This document shows, in pieces, positions 1 through 8,005 of a stretch of 14,324 nucleotides of DNA; within the stretch, counting starts at the first letter, position 1; each line of letters starts with the position of its first letter. Both the position numbers and the translations under genes were made by a program. This stretch comes from Candidatus Bipolaricaulia bacterium. Lineage in GTDB: Bacteria > Bipolaricaulota > Bipolaricaulia > RBG-16-55-9. Where the stretch lies: assembly GCA_042219045.1 (NCBI GenBank), contig JBDGQO010000048.1, positions 10,195-24,518 on the forward strand, written 5' to 3'. The notes under the pieces are model-generated. The model was not told where the DNA came from. It worked only from the letters and a program-made list of their open reading frames with translations, and did no database searches.

Positions 1-157
1 ATTAATACAATACCCGATTCGTCCTCGAGATCAAGTTTCCAAGTCGCGGAAACCGTGACTGCTATTTGACTGTAGGCTGTCGATGAACGCCTCACGAGGA
101 CACGGGATCGAGCCCCGATGGACATGCGTGTTCAAGATCTGTGTCAGCTGGGTTTCG

Positions 158-187
158 TTGGCTTCCCTTCGGGCCATTCGCTATAAT
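158..187 (+). promoter_or_regulatory. sigma70-type promoter for tRNA-Ser (TTGGCT-N18-TATAAT)
   Basis: TTGGCT 158-163 and perfect TATAAT 182-187, ending 13 nt before the tRNA 5' end. Confidence 0.7.
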
Positions 188-200
188 GCTCCTCGTCTCT

Positions 201-291
<91 letters not shown>

Positions 292-308
292 CCGGCCTCA
301 GTTTCCGC

Positions 309-338
309 TTGACGAATACATCTCGTCCCAGCTAGCAT
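309..338 (+). promoter_or_regulatory. putative promoter TTGACG-N18-TAGCAT
   Basis: TTGACG 309-314, TAGCAT 333-338, upstream of SD GGAGGT and ATG 373; same two hexamers as the gabT promoter. Confidence 0.6.
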
Positions 339-372
339 TTTTTAAGATCCAGCCTGATGGGGGAGGTCGACG

Positions 373-741
373 ATGGTGAGAACTGCCGCATTGGTTTTGA
401 CGCTGGCCCTTCTTGTCGTGGTGGCCATGGGCAATGGCAGCCCGGCCTATGCCCAGCTGGAGGAGTCGCAACCCCAGCTGAGCTGTGACCCGTTCCTCAG
501 CGGCATTGCATCCTTTGTGATTCCCGGCTGGGGACAGTGGCTCAACGGGGAGCAGCGCAAGGCCGTCACCCACATCGCGGTGGGACTCGGGTTGAACGGC
601 GCCTCCATCCTGTTGACCCCGACACTGCTCGGCTATCTGGCGTGGGTCGCGCGGGGCCTCTGGGGCTTTTACAGCACCTATGATGCTTTCACCGTCTGCG
701 TGCGCCGCCACGACGTCGAGGTCATGGGAGCTTTGCGGTAG
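373..741 (+). CDS. hypothetical exported/membrane protein, 122 aa, with SFVIPGWGQ motif (TM2/DUF5683-like)
   Basis: SD GGAGGT before ATG; N-terminal signal peptide ending near AYA-Q; S-x-x-I-P-G-W-G-Q-x-x-N-G motif followed by hydrophobic segments; two Cys. Confidence 0.75.
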   Translation: MVRTAALVLTLALLVVVAMGNGSPAYAQLEESQPQLSCDPFLSGIASFVIPGWGQWLNGEQRKAVTHIAVGLGLNGASILLTPTLLGYLAWVARGLWGFYSTYDAFTVCVRRHDVEVMGALR

Positions 742-778
742 CGGACGCTGCAGTCCGTCCCGAACGAGCGACGGCGTT

Positions 779-1051
779 CTGAGCGTCCCGGTGACCGCGC
801 TTGCTCAAATAGTGGATGTCGGGATGATGGGCATAGCCCAGCGCCTCGAACGCTTGGAACGACGGCTCATTCCAATCCTCGATCAGCGCCGCGACGATCT
901 CGACGGCCTCAACCAGCGCTCGCCCAATGCCTTATTCCCGATGGTCCGGGAGGCCTGCCAGACGGTTGATCCAACCCTTGCGCCCGTCTTGCGTGCCGAG
1001 CACGGCACCGATGAGCATCTCCCCGTGAAAGCCTCCGAGATGCCAGCATCC
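779..1051 (-). pseudogene. GNAT-family N-acetyltransferase remnant (5'-truncated, internal TAA)
   Basis: Minus-strand frame reads GCWHLGGFHGEMLIGAVLGTQDGRKGWINRLAGLPDHRE*GIGRALVEAVEIVAALIEDWNEPSFQAFEALGYAHHPDIHYLSKR. GNAT motif A is interrupted by TAA at 932-934; the N..S...F..LGY motif B is present; no credible start. Confidence 0.75.
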
Positions 1052-1059
1052 ACGGGCGC

Positions 1060-1089
1060 TTGCGAAGCCCGAATGGGGCGGCGTATAAC
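1060..1089 (+). promoter_or_regulatory. putative nhaA promoter TTGCGA-N18-TATAAC
   Basis: TTGCGA 1060-1065, TATAAC 1084-1089; implies a leader of about 80 nt before ATG 1175. Confidence 0.55.
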
Positions 1090-1174
1090 GGAGACAATGG
1101 GACCTGCGCTCTGACCACGCCACGGCCGTGGAAAGCGAAACTCCGTCAGTCGCCGACGACAAAGGTTGTAGCCC

Positions 1175-2518
1175 ATGAACGACTCAACGCGACAGCTCAA
1201 GCTGAGCGAGCCCATGCGCTTGATCGCCCACTTCCTCCACTTGGAGGCGACCGGGGGCATCGTCCTGCTCGTCTGCGCGGTCGTGGCGCTTGTCTGGGCC
1301 AACTCGCCCTTGGCGGCGAGCTACTTTGCGCTCTGGGAGACGAAAATCTCCTTGGGAATCGGCGACGGCGGCCTGAGCAAGACGCTCGGCCACTGGATCA
1401 ACGACGGGCTGATGGTGCTGTTCTTTTTCCTCGTCGGGCTGGAGATCAAGCGGGAGTTCCTGGCAGGCGCTTTGGCGTCGGTTCGACGGGCGCTGCTCCC
1501 CGTGGCGGCCGCCCTTGGCGGCATGCTGGTTCCGGCCCTGCTGTTCGTCGCGCTCAACGCCGGCACCGAGGCGATCCGCGGTTGGGGAATCCCGATGGCG
1601 ACCGACATCGCGTTCGCCGTCGGCGTGCTGGCGTTGGTCGGCTCGCGCGTGCCCGACGGCCTGAAGGCGTTGCTGTTGGCCGTGGCCATCGTCGACGATA
1701 TCGGCGCCGTGCTCGTCATCGCGCTGTTCTACACCGACGCGATCGCTTGGAGCTATCTCGGCTACGCCGCCCTGGGCATTGCGGCGCTGGCGGGCGCCAA
1801 TCGCCTGGGGGCGCGCCAGCCATTGGTCTACGTCGTCGTCGGCGTCTTCGTCTGGCTCATGGTGCTGTACTCGGGGGTGCACGCGACCGTCGCTGGCGTC
1901 TTGGTGGCCATGACGGTGCCGGCGCGACGCCGGATCAACACCTCGGACTTCATCGAGCGGGGGCGCGCAATGCTGGAGCGATTCGAGAATGCGGCTGCCG
2001 GCGCCCGCTCCTGGACCATCGTCACCTCGGGGCAACAGGCCGCGCTGCAGGACCTGGAAGCGGCCGGCCGGGCCGTGGCGACGCCGCTGCAGCGCATGGA
2101 GCATGCCCTGCATCCGTGGGTCTCCTTCGGCATTATGCCCCTATTCGCGCTGGCCAATGCCGGGGTCGCGCTCGAGGGCGGGCTGGTGAACGACCTCCTC
2201 CATCCGATCAGCCTCGGGATCGCGCTCGGCCTGATCCTCGGCAAGCCGCTCGGCGTGACGCTATTGGCCTGGCTGACGGTTCGACTCGGCTGGGCCGATC
2301 TGCCCGCGGGCGTCGGCTGGCCCCAGGTCATAGGGGTCGGGATGCTGGCCGGGATCGGCTTCACCATGTCGCTGTTCATCACGGGGCTGGCGTTCGGCGG
2401 CACGTCGCTGGAGCCCTTGGCCAAGATCGGCATCCTGAGCGCGTCGCTGTTGGCCGGCCTGCTCGGTTGGGGGCTGTTGCGGGCCTCGGCGTCGTCAGGC
2501 TCGGGCGACGCGCCCTAA
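1175..2518 (+). CDS. nhaA: Na+/H+ antiporter NhaA
   Basis: HWINDGLMVLFFFLVGLEIKRE, GWGIPMATDIAFA, AIVDDIGA (DD pair), SGVHATVAGV, PLFALANAGV, GKPLG, GIGFTMSLFI; about 12 hydrophobic segments. Confidence 0.96.
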   Translation: MNDSTRQLKLSEPMRLIAHFLHLEATGGIVLLVCAVVALVWANSPLAASYFALWETKISLGIGDGGLSKTLGHWINDGLMVLFFFLVGLEIKREFLAGALASVRRALLPVAAALGGMLVPALLFVALNAGTEAIRGWGIPMATDIAFAVGVLALVGSRVPDGLKALLLAVAIVDDIGAVLVIALFYTDAIAWSYLGYAALGIAALAGANRLGARQPLVYVVVGVFVWLMVLYSGVHATVAGVLVAMTVPARRRINTSDFIERGRAMLERFENAAAGARSWTIVTSGQQAALQDLEAAGRAVATPLQRMEHALHPWVSFGIMPLFALANAGVALEGGLVNDLLHPISLGIALGLILGKPLGVTLLAWLTVRLGWADLPAGVGWPQVIGVGMLAGIGFTMSLFITGLAFGGTSLEPLAKIGILSASLLAGLLGWGLLRASASSGSGDAP

Positions 2519-2587
2519 CGAACCTTCCCTCGCCAGATGCGACGTATGCTGATCCGATGCCTCGATGATCTCGACGGGCCGATCGGC

Positions 2588-3898
2588 TTAAGCGGCAACC
2601 CTCGCGATGGCCCGCTCCAGACGATCCAGCCCGTCGTCGAGCTCGTCGTCGGTAAGCGCGAGCGGGATCAGCATGCGGATGGCGTTGCCGTGCAGGCCCG
2701 CCTTGGCCAGCATGAGGCCTTCCTCAAGGGCCGCGTGGACAACCTGGCCGGTCGCCTCAGGGGCGGGGGCCTTCGTCTCGCGATCGCCCACGAGCTCCAG
2801 TGCCTGCATCGATCCTAAGCCGCGGATGTCGCCCAGCAGCTCGTATTTGTCCATCAAGTGCCGGAAGCGTTCCTGCATGCGGTCCCCGAGCTCGGTCGCT
2901 CGCTCCAGGAGGCCTTCCTCCTCGATGACCTCCATCACGGCCACGGCCGCGGCACAGCCCAGCGGATTGCCGACGTAGGTGCCGCCGATGCCGCCGTCGG
3001 GGACCTTGTCCATGAGATGCCCCTTGCCCAGGAGGCCGCTGAGCGGCAGGCCGGAGGCGAGGGACTTGCCGATGGCGATGAGGTCGGGGTCGATTTGGAA
3101 CCGCTCCGAGGCGAACAGCGTGCCCGTCCGGCCCATGCCGGTCTGAACCTCGTCGGCGACGAGCATCATGCAGTGCTCTTGGGCGTAGTCCTCGAGAAAC
3201 GGGAGGAATCCCTCGTTCGGGACCACGAAGCCGCCCTCGCCTTGGATCGGCTCGACGACGATCGCGGCGACCTCGTCGGGCGCGACGAGGAGCTCCAGCT
3301 GCTGCTTCCAGGCCTCGTTGCTGATGTCGCTGCGGGCGGGGCTCGGGAAGGGAACCCGGTAGACGTCGGGCGCAAAGGGGCCGAAGTGGGCTTTGTACGG
3401 CGTGGCCTTGTGGGTCATCGTCATGGTCATGAGCGTGCGGCCGTGGAACCCGCCCTCGAAGACGACGACGGCGGGTCGTCGGGTGAGCCAACGCGCAACC
3501 TTGACGGCATTCTCCACGGCCTCCGCGCCGCTGTTGAACAGGGCCAGCTTGGCGGCGCTGTCGCCTGGCATGTAGGGGGCCAGCCGCTCGGCAAGCTCAA
3601 TGTAGGGCTCATATCCGACGACGCTGAAGTCGGTGTGGACATAACGATCGGTCTGGTCCCTGATCGCCTCGACGACCTTGGGATGCGAGTGGCCGACGAC
3701 CAGGCAGCCCCAGCCGCCGGTGAAGTCCAAGTAGTCATTGCCGTCGACGTCGGTGACAACCGCCCCCCGACTGCGATCGATCATGAACGGGGCCAACGAG
3801 GACAGGCCCTCCGGCACGACCTTCGCCTTGCGCTCGTTCAACGCCTGCGAATGGGGCCCTGCCGTTCCCAATCGAGTCCGTGCCTGCTCCGTCGCCAT
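2588..3898 (-). CDS. gabT: 4-aminobutyrate aminotransferase-like class-III PLP aminotransferase, 436 aa
   Basis: Start moved to ATG 3898 (MATEQ...) behind SD AAAGGAGA; motifs DVDGNDYLDF, NSGAEAVENAVK, FHGRT, EPIQGEGG, DEVQTGMGRTG, PLP lysine GKSLASGLP, GGTYVGNP. The exact substrate is an inference. Confidence 0.85.
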   Translation of the reverse strand: MATEQARTRLGTAGPHSQALNERKAKVVPEGLSSLAPFMIDRSRGAVVTDVDGNDYLDFTGGWGCLVVGHSHPKVVEAIRDQTDRYVHTDFSVVGYEPYIELAERLAPYMPGDSAAKLALFNSGAEAVENAVKVARWLTRRPAVVVFEGGFHGRTLMTMTMTHKATPYKAHFGPFAPDVYRVPFPSPARSDISNEAWKQQLELLVAPDEVAAIVVEPIQGEGGFVVPNEGFLPFLEDYAQEHCMMLVADEVQTGMGRTGTLFASERFQIDPDLIAIGKSLASGLPLSGLLGKGHLMDKVPDGGIGGTYVGNPLGCAAAVAVMEVIEEEGLLERATELGDRMQERFRHLMDKYELLGDIRGLGSMQALELVGDRETKAPAPEATGQVVHAALEEGLMLAKAGLHGNAIRMLIPLALTDDELDDGLDRLERAIARVAA

Positions 3899-3957
3899 GG
3901 CATCTCCTTTCCTCTTCCTGGATCCGTCATCAAGCGCGTCTTGATTGGCGTCAATTG

Positions 3958-3987
3958 ATGCTAGCAGAGCCCAAATGAGGGCGTCAA
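3958..3987 (-). promoter_or_regulatory. putative gabT promoter TTGACG-N18-TAGCAT with extended -10
   Basis: Minus strand TTGACG (3982-3987), tgcTAGCAT (-10 at 3958-3963); overlaps the near-palindrome GCGTCAATTGATGC 3948-3961. Confidence 0.6.
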
Positions 3988-4065
3988 TGACGGCACGCAT
4001 TGCGGGGATGCGGCCATCCTGCGAGGACGCGTTGTCGTCGACGGTGCTCCCCGTGGCTCGGCTTG

Positions 4066-4095
4066 TTGCCCTATGGCCGGTCTCAGGGCTAGAAT
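4066..4095 (+). promoter_or_regulatory. putative promoter TTGCCC-N18-TAGAAT
   Basis: TTGCCC 4066-4071, TAGAAT 4090-4095, then SD GGAGG and ATG 4116. Confidence 0.55.
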
Positions 4096-4115
4096 CCCGC
4101 GTTCGGAGGGGTCAC

Positions 4116-5381
4116 ATGCAGGCAGTGTTGCTGGCCGGCGGCGCGTGTTCGCGGTTCTGGCCGCTCGGCGAAGGTCGTCATAAGAGCTGCCTCGCGCTCA
4201 TGGGCAAGCCGATCGTGGCGTGGACGCTCCAAGCGCTCCAGCGGGCCGGCGTGCGCGAGGCGATCGTCGTCCAGCGCCCGGAGCGCGACGTGGACGCCGC
4301 GCTCGAGGCCCATTCATTCGACATGGACGTCCGGACCGTTGTGCAGTCCGAACCGCGCGGCATGGGCGATGCGCTCCTGACGGCCCGCGAGCATCTCCAC
4401 GAGCCGTTCCTGCTCGCGCATGCCCACCAGGTCGACGCCGCGGGCTGGGTCGCGGCCATGCGGGAGGCCCAAAGGGAATCCCCTGCGTCCGTGGTTCTGG
4501 CGGGACGCCCGACCGATCGACCGTCCCAATACGGGATGCTCGCGTTCGACGGAGACCGCGCGACCGGCATCGTGGAAAAGCCCGCTCCAGACAATGCGCC
4601 CAGCGACATCCGCGCGCTCGGCCTCTACCGGTTGCCGCCAGACTTCCTTGAGACGCTGGCCGAAACGACCGATCACGAGTACGCGTTTGAGGCGGCCCTC
4701 GACCGCCATCTCAAAACCCACGAGGCGCGCGTGGTGACCGAATCGACCGTCGGGCCGTCGTTGAAATATCCGTGGGATCTCTTCGAGCTGAACCGGCGTC
4801 TGATGGACCGGCATCTCCAGGCCCGTCGGGCGGACTCTGCGTGGATCAGCCCGGCCGCGCACGTCGAGGGCGACGTCCACATCGGCCCGAACGCCAAGAT
4901 CTTCGAATTCGCCGTCGTCAAAGGGCCCTGTTACGTCGGCGATGGCTGTGTCGTCGGGACGCATGCGCTCGTGCGCGACTACACGGACCTGGAGCCGGGG
5001 ACGGTCATCGGCGCGCACGCGGAAGCCGCCCGCTGCCTCTTCCAAGCGGGGGCCAGCACGCATTCGGGCTACTTCGGCGATTCCATCTTCGACCGCGAGG
5101 CGCGCGTGGGAGCCGGGACGGTCACGGCCAACGTCACGGTCCATCGCGGCGAGGTCAAGACAACGGTCAAGGGCGAGCGCGTCCGGACGGGCCGGACGTC
5201 GCTCGGGGCCGTCGTGGGCGAGGAGACCCAGCTCGGCATCAACGTCAGCACGATGCCGGGCGTGTTGGTTGGAGCGCGCTCCTTCGTGGCGCCCGGAATC
5301 ACGGTCGAGGCGAACGTGCCATCGAACGCGCGCTGCCATCTTCGCCAAGAGACGGTCACCAAGACGAAGCGCGCCCGTTGA
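4116..5381 (+). CDS. bifunctional sugar-1-phosphate nucleotidyltransferase/acetyltransferase, archaeal GlmU-like, 421 aa
   Basis: Start MQAVLLAGG behind SD GGAGG; NTP-transferase domain (GKPIV, QSEPRGMGDAL, YG...IVEKP); YPWDLFELN linker; hexapeptide left-handed beta-helix with GYFGDSI...GAGTVTAN and GAVVGEETQLGINVSTMPGVLVG. Confidence 0.85.
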   Translation: MQAVLLAGGACSRFWPLGEGRHKSCLALMGKPIVAWTLQALQRAGVREAIVVQRPERDVDAALEAHSFDMDVRTVVQSEPRGMGDALLTAREHLHEPFLLAHAHQVDAAGWVAAMREAQRESPASVVLAGRPTDRPSQYGMLAFDGDRATGIVEKPAPDNAPSDIRALGLYRLPPDFLETLAETTDHEYAFEAALDRHLKTHEARVVTESTVGPSLKYPWDLFELNRRLMDRHLQARRADSAWISPAAHVEGDVHIGPNAKIFEFAVVKGPCYVGDGCVVGTHALVRDYTDLEPGTVIGAHAEAARCLFQAGASTHSGYFGDSIFDREARVGAGTVTANVTVHRGEVKTTVKGERVRTGRTSLGAVVGEETQLGINVSTMPGVLVGARSFVAPGITVEANVPSNARCHLRQETVTKTKRAR

Positions 5382-5404
5382 GCCCCGAGCGCGATTTGGC
5401 GGTA

Positions 5405-5434
5405 TTGCGCCGCTGAGCAGGCCGGACATAGAAT
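5405..5434 (+). promoter_or_regulatory. putative promoter TTGCGC-N18-TAGAAT
   Basis: TTGCGC 5405-5410, TAGAAT 5429-5434, upstream of the CMD gene. Confidence 0.5.
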
Positions 5435-5482
5435 GCGATCATCAGTCGGCCACAAGCGCTGCCAGCTCGGGAGGTGGAGACG

Positions 5483-5803
5483 TTGTCCGAACTGCCGCCG
5501 ACGTATCAACGCTTTCTGGAGACTTATCCGGAGACCGCCCGGGCCTATCAGGCCCTGGGCCAAGCCCTAAGCGAAGAAGGCCCCTTGGATGCCAAGACCC
5601 GCGAGCTCGTCAAGCTCGGCATCTCCATCGGGTCGGGCTCGGAGGGCGCCGTCCACTCGCACACGCGGCGGGCGCGCGAGGCGGGAGCGGCGGACGCGGA
5701 GATCCGCCACACGGCCCTATTGGCGCTCACCTCGATCGGCTTCCCCAACATGATGGCGGCCCTCACGTGGGTCGAGGACATCCTGAACGCGGACAACGAA
5801 TAG
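5483..5803 (+). CDS. carboxymuconolactone decarboxylase (CMD/AhpD-like) family protein
   Basis: TTG 5483 follows SD GGAGGT (5470-5475); GPLDAKTRELVKLGISIG..SEGAVHSHTRRAREAGA..EI....L.....GFP; no CxxC. Confidence 0.85.
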   Translation: MSELPPTYQRFLETYPETARAYQALGQALSEEGPLDAKTRELVKLGISIGSGSEGAVHSHTRRAREAGAADAEIRHTALLALTSIGFPNMMAALTWVEDILNADNE

Positions 5804-5833
5804 CGGCTTCCGATCTCAAGGAGATGAACTCGC

Positions 5834-6619
5834 TTGGCCATGTCGACGGACCATCGGCATCTTGAGCGAGGCCAAGGCGACCCCGTCGTGCTGATTCACG
5901 GCCTCTTCGGCGACCCGAGCAACTGGGGGCGGGTCATGGACACGTTGGCCGATCGCTTCTGGCTCCATGCCCCGCAACTGCCGATCGATTATCGGCCTGG
6001 ACGGCATGTGGGCGACTTTGACGCCTTCCAGGCGCTTGCCGACAGCATCGTCGACTATCTGGATGCGCGCGGCATCGAGCGGGCCAGCGTGGGCGGCAAC
6101 TCACTCGGCGGGCAAGTGGCTGTCGATTTGGGCCTCCGCTATCCCGATCGGGTCGAGCGTCTGGTGCTGACGGGCAGCGCCGGCCTGTTTGAGCGCGATC
6201 TATGGGGCAGCGGCATGCCGCGTGTGGACCGAGCGTGGATTCATCGCCAAGCGACCGAGGTCTTTTACGACGCGCGCCACGTCACCGAGGATCTGCTCGA
6301 TCAGGTGGAGGCCATGCTCGCCGATCGTGCCTATCGACGGTTCATCCTCAGAGTGGCCCGGGCGACTCGCGCGTACGACGTGCGCGCCGAGCTGGGGCGC
6401 TTGGCGCAGCCGACGCTTCTCGTCTGGGGGCGGGAGGATCGGATTACGCCGCCGACCGTGGCCGAGCGCTTCGCCGACGAGTTGCCGGACGCCCGGCTGC
6501 GCTTTCTGCCTCAATGCGGCCACGTGCCGCCGCTGGAACGGCCCGAGGCGTTCGGGCAAACGCTTGCGGCGTTCCTGGGAGATCCCGTCGTGCGGGGGTC
6601 GCTGCCCGCAGCGGATTGA
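5834..6619 (+). CDS. alpha/beta-fold hydrolase
   Basis: LIHGLFG oxyanion loop, GNSLGG nucleophile elbow, WGREDRITP (Asp), CGHVPPLERP (His); start is TTG 5834 (SD AAGGAG 5818-5823) or ATG 5840. Confidence 0.9.
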   Translation: MAMSTDHRHLERGQGDPVVLIHGLFGDPSNWGRVMDTLADRFWLHAPQLPIDYRPGRHVGDFDAFQALADSIVDYLDARGIERASVGGNSLGGQVAVDLGLRYPDRVERLVLTGSAGLFERDLWGSGMPRVDRAWIHRQATEVFYDARHVTEDLLDQVEAMLADRAYRRFILRVARATRAYDVRAELGRLAQPTLLVWGREDRITPPTVAERFADELPDARLRFLPQCGHVPPLERPEAFGQTLAAFLGDPVVRGSLPAAD

Positions 6620-6677
6620 CCCGACCCGGGCCAATCGGCGCTCGCAAGGCGTTGTTGATTCGGACGGAGTGGGAGCC

Positions 6678-6896
6678 CTAGTGGCGGTAGACGATGCGGC
6701 CCTTTTCCACGTCGTAGGGGGTCAGTTCCACGGTGACGCGGTCGCCGCCCAGGATCCGAATGTTGTAGCGCCGCATCTTGCCCGAGGAGTAGCAGAGCAC
6801 TTCCGGCCCGTCGTCGAGCTCGACCTTATACATCATGTTGTTGTAGACCTCGACGACCTCCCCCTGTCGGCGAATGACGTCCTTGTCCTTGGCCAC
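6678..6896 (-). CDS. infA: translation initiation factor IF-1, 72 aa
   Basis: GTG 6896 behind SD GGGAGGTGA; KDVI...GEVVE...VELD.G......SGKMR...IRILGGDRVTVELTPYD..KGRIVYR. Confidence 0.95.
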   Translation of the reverse strand: MAKDKDVIRRQGEVVEVYNNMMYKVELDDGPEVLCYSSGKMRRYNIRILGGDRVTVELTPYDVEKGRIVYRH

Positions 6897-7024
6897 GTCG
6901 GGTTCACCTCCCTTTGTCGAGAAGCTGGCCTTGTCGAAGCAGCCAGGGGCGTCGTCGCCTCCGCCGCGAACGGAGGCCAATCGAGGTCGTCGATCGGCGA
7001 GCCGTCCGCCGGAAAGGTGCGCAA

Positions 7025-7053
7025 ATTTTAGCACTCGCCTGAGAAGGGGTCAA
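7025..7053 (-). promoter_or_regulatory. infA promoter TTGACC-N17-TAAAAT with extended -10 TG
   Basis: Minus strand TTGACC (7048-7053), tgcTAAAAT (7025-7030). Confidence 0.7.
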
Positions 7054-7067
7054 CGGCCAGTCACGAG

Positions 7068-7901
7068 TCAGGGGACGTCGGGAGATCCCCAGCTCCAGCC
7101 GAGCTTTCTCGCCAAGAGGTCGAAGAAGTCCAGGCGCGCGTCCAGGACGATCATCAGCGTGTCTTCGGGGGCGCGGCGAATTCGAACGGCGTCGCCGGGG
7201 TCCAGTTGGGCATGTTTCTCGCCGTCAAGCACCAGCCATCCGGCCTCATGGAGCTCGGCCCGCAGCTCGACATCGGGCGGCAGCACGAGCGGGCGCAGCG
7301 AGAACCGATGCGCGTTGAGCGGCGTCACGGTGACGCTCGCCAACGTCGGATCGACGATCGGCCCCCCGCACGCGAGGTTGTAGGCGGTTGTCCCTGAGGG
7401 CGTGCTCAACATCAGCCCGTCGCCCGGATAGCACCCGACGAACGTCTCGGAGCCCCGGAAGAGATCGATGGACGTCGTCGTGTCGACGTCCGGTCGGGAG
7501 ATGACGACCTCGTTGAGCGCGGTGCTGGCTTGCCCGTTCACGGTTGCCTGCAGGCGCAGGCGCGGCTCGATGACGAACTGATCGTGCCAAACTTGATCGA
7601 GCGCTTGGGCGAGCGACGCCGTTCCCGTCTGGGTCAAAAATCCCAAGCTGCCCAGGTTGATGCCCAAGATGGGCGTCCCATGGGCGGCGACCAAGTGCGC
7701 CGTGTGCAGGAACGTGCCGTCCCCGCCCATCGACAGCGCCAGGGTCGCGTCATCGGGCGCAACGGGCAACGCCGCATCGCCGAGGTTGAGCAGCGCCAGC
7801 TCGACGTCGTGGCTCGCGCACCACTGGCGCAGCGTCTCGACGGCCTCGGGCGCGTCCGTCCGACCGCGATGGACAACGGCGATGATCTGGGTTGGCCTCA
7901 T
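7068..7901 (-). CDS. nadK: NAD(+) kinase
   Basis: GGDGT, GINLGSLGFLT, LNE, GDGLMLSTPSGTTAYNLACGGPI, RPLVLP, DG motifs. Confidence 0.93.
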   Translation of the reverse strand: MRPTQIIAVVHRGRTDAPEAVETLRQWCASHDVELALLNLGDAALPVAPDDATLALSMGGDGTFLHTAHLVAAHGTPILGINLGSLGFLTQTGTASLAQALDQVWHDQFVIEPRLRLQATVNGQASTALNEVVISRPDVDTTTSIDLFRGSETFVGCYPGDGLMLSTPSGTTAYNLACGGPIVDPTLASVTVTPLNAHRFSLRPLVLPPDVELRAELHEAGWLVLDGEKHAQLDPGDAVRIRRAPEDTLMIVLDARLDFFDLLARKLGWSWGSPDVP

Positions 7902-7921
7902 GGTCCGTCAGCTCCCGCGCG

Positions 7922-7951
7922 AGCGTATCCGGCGGGCGTCCCCCGGGTCAA
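7922..7951 (-). promoter_or_regulatory. putative nadK promoter TTGACC-N18-TACGCT
   Basis: Minus strand TTGACC (7946-7951), TACGCT (7922-7927), then GGGAG SD and ATG 7901. Confidence 0.55.
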
Positions 7952-8005
7952 TGACGTGCGTGGGATTTGCGCCGAGCGCGCATTGGCGAGTCGGGCATCC
8001 GTCGC

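Noticed and set aside
1..150. Lower-GC stretch with a minus-strand frame running off the left edge
   Set aside because: Too short, with no SD or motif; cannot be assigned without flanking sequence
680..1302. ORFs 680..1114 (+) and 883..1302 (-)
   Set aside because: Shadow frames of the GNAT remnant and nhaA; no SD or recognisable motifs
1920..2090. Hydrophilic insertion of about 45 aa in NhaA relative to E. coli
   Set aside because: Similar loop insertions are common in NhaA proteins outside enterobacteria
5824..5865. Mini-ORF MNSLGHVDGPSAS overlapping the hydrolase start
   Set aside because: Its ATG directly abuts the SD with no spacer; the SD fits TTG 5834 better
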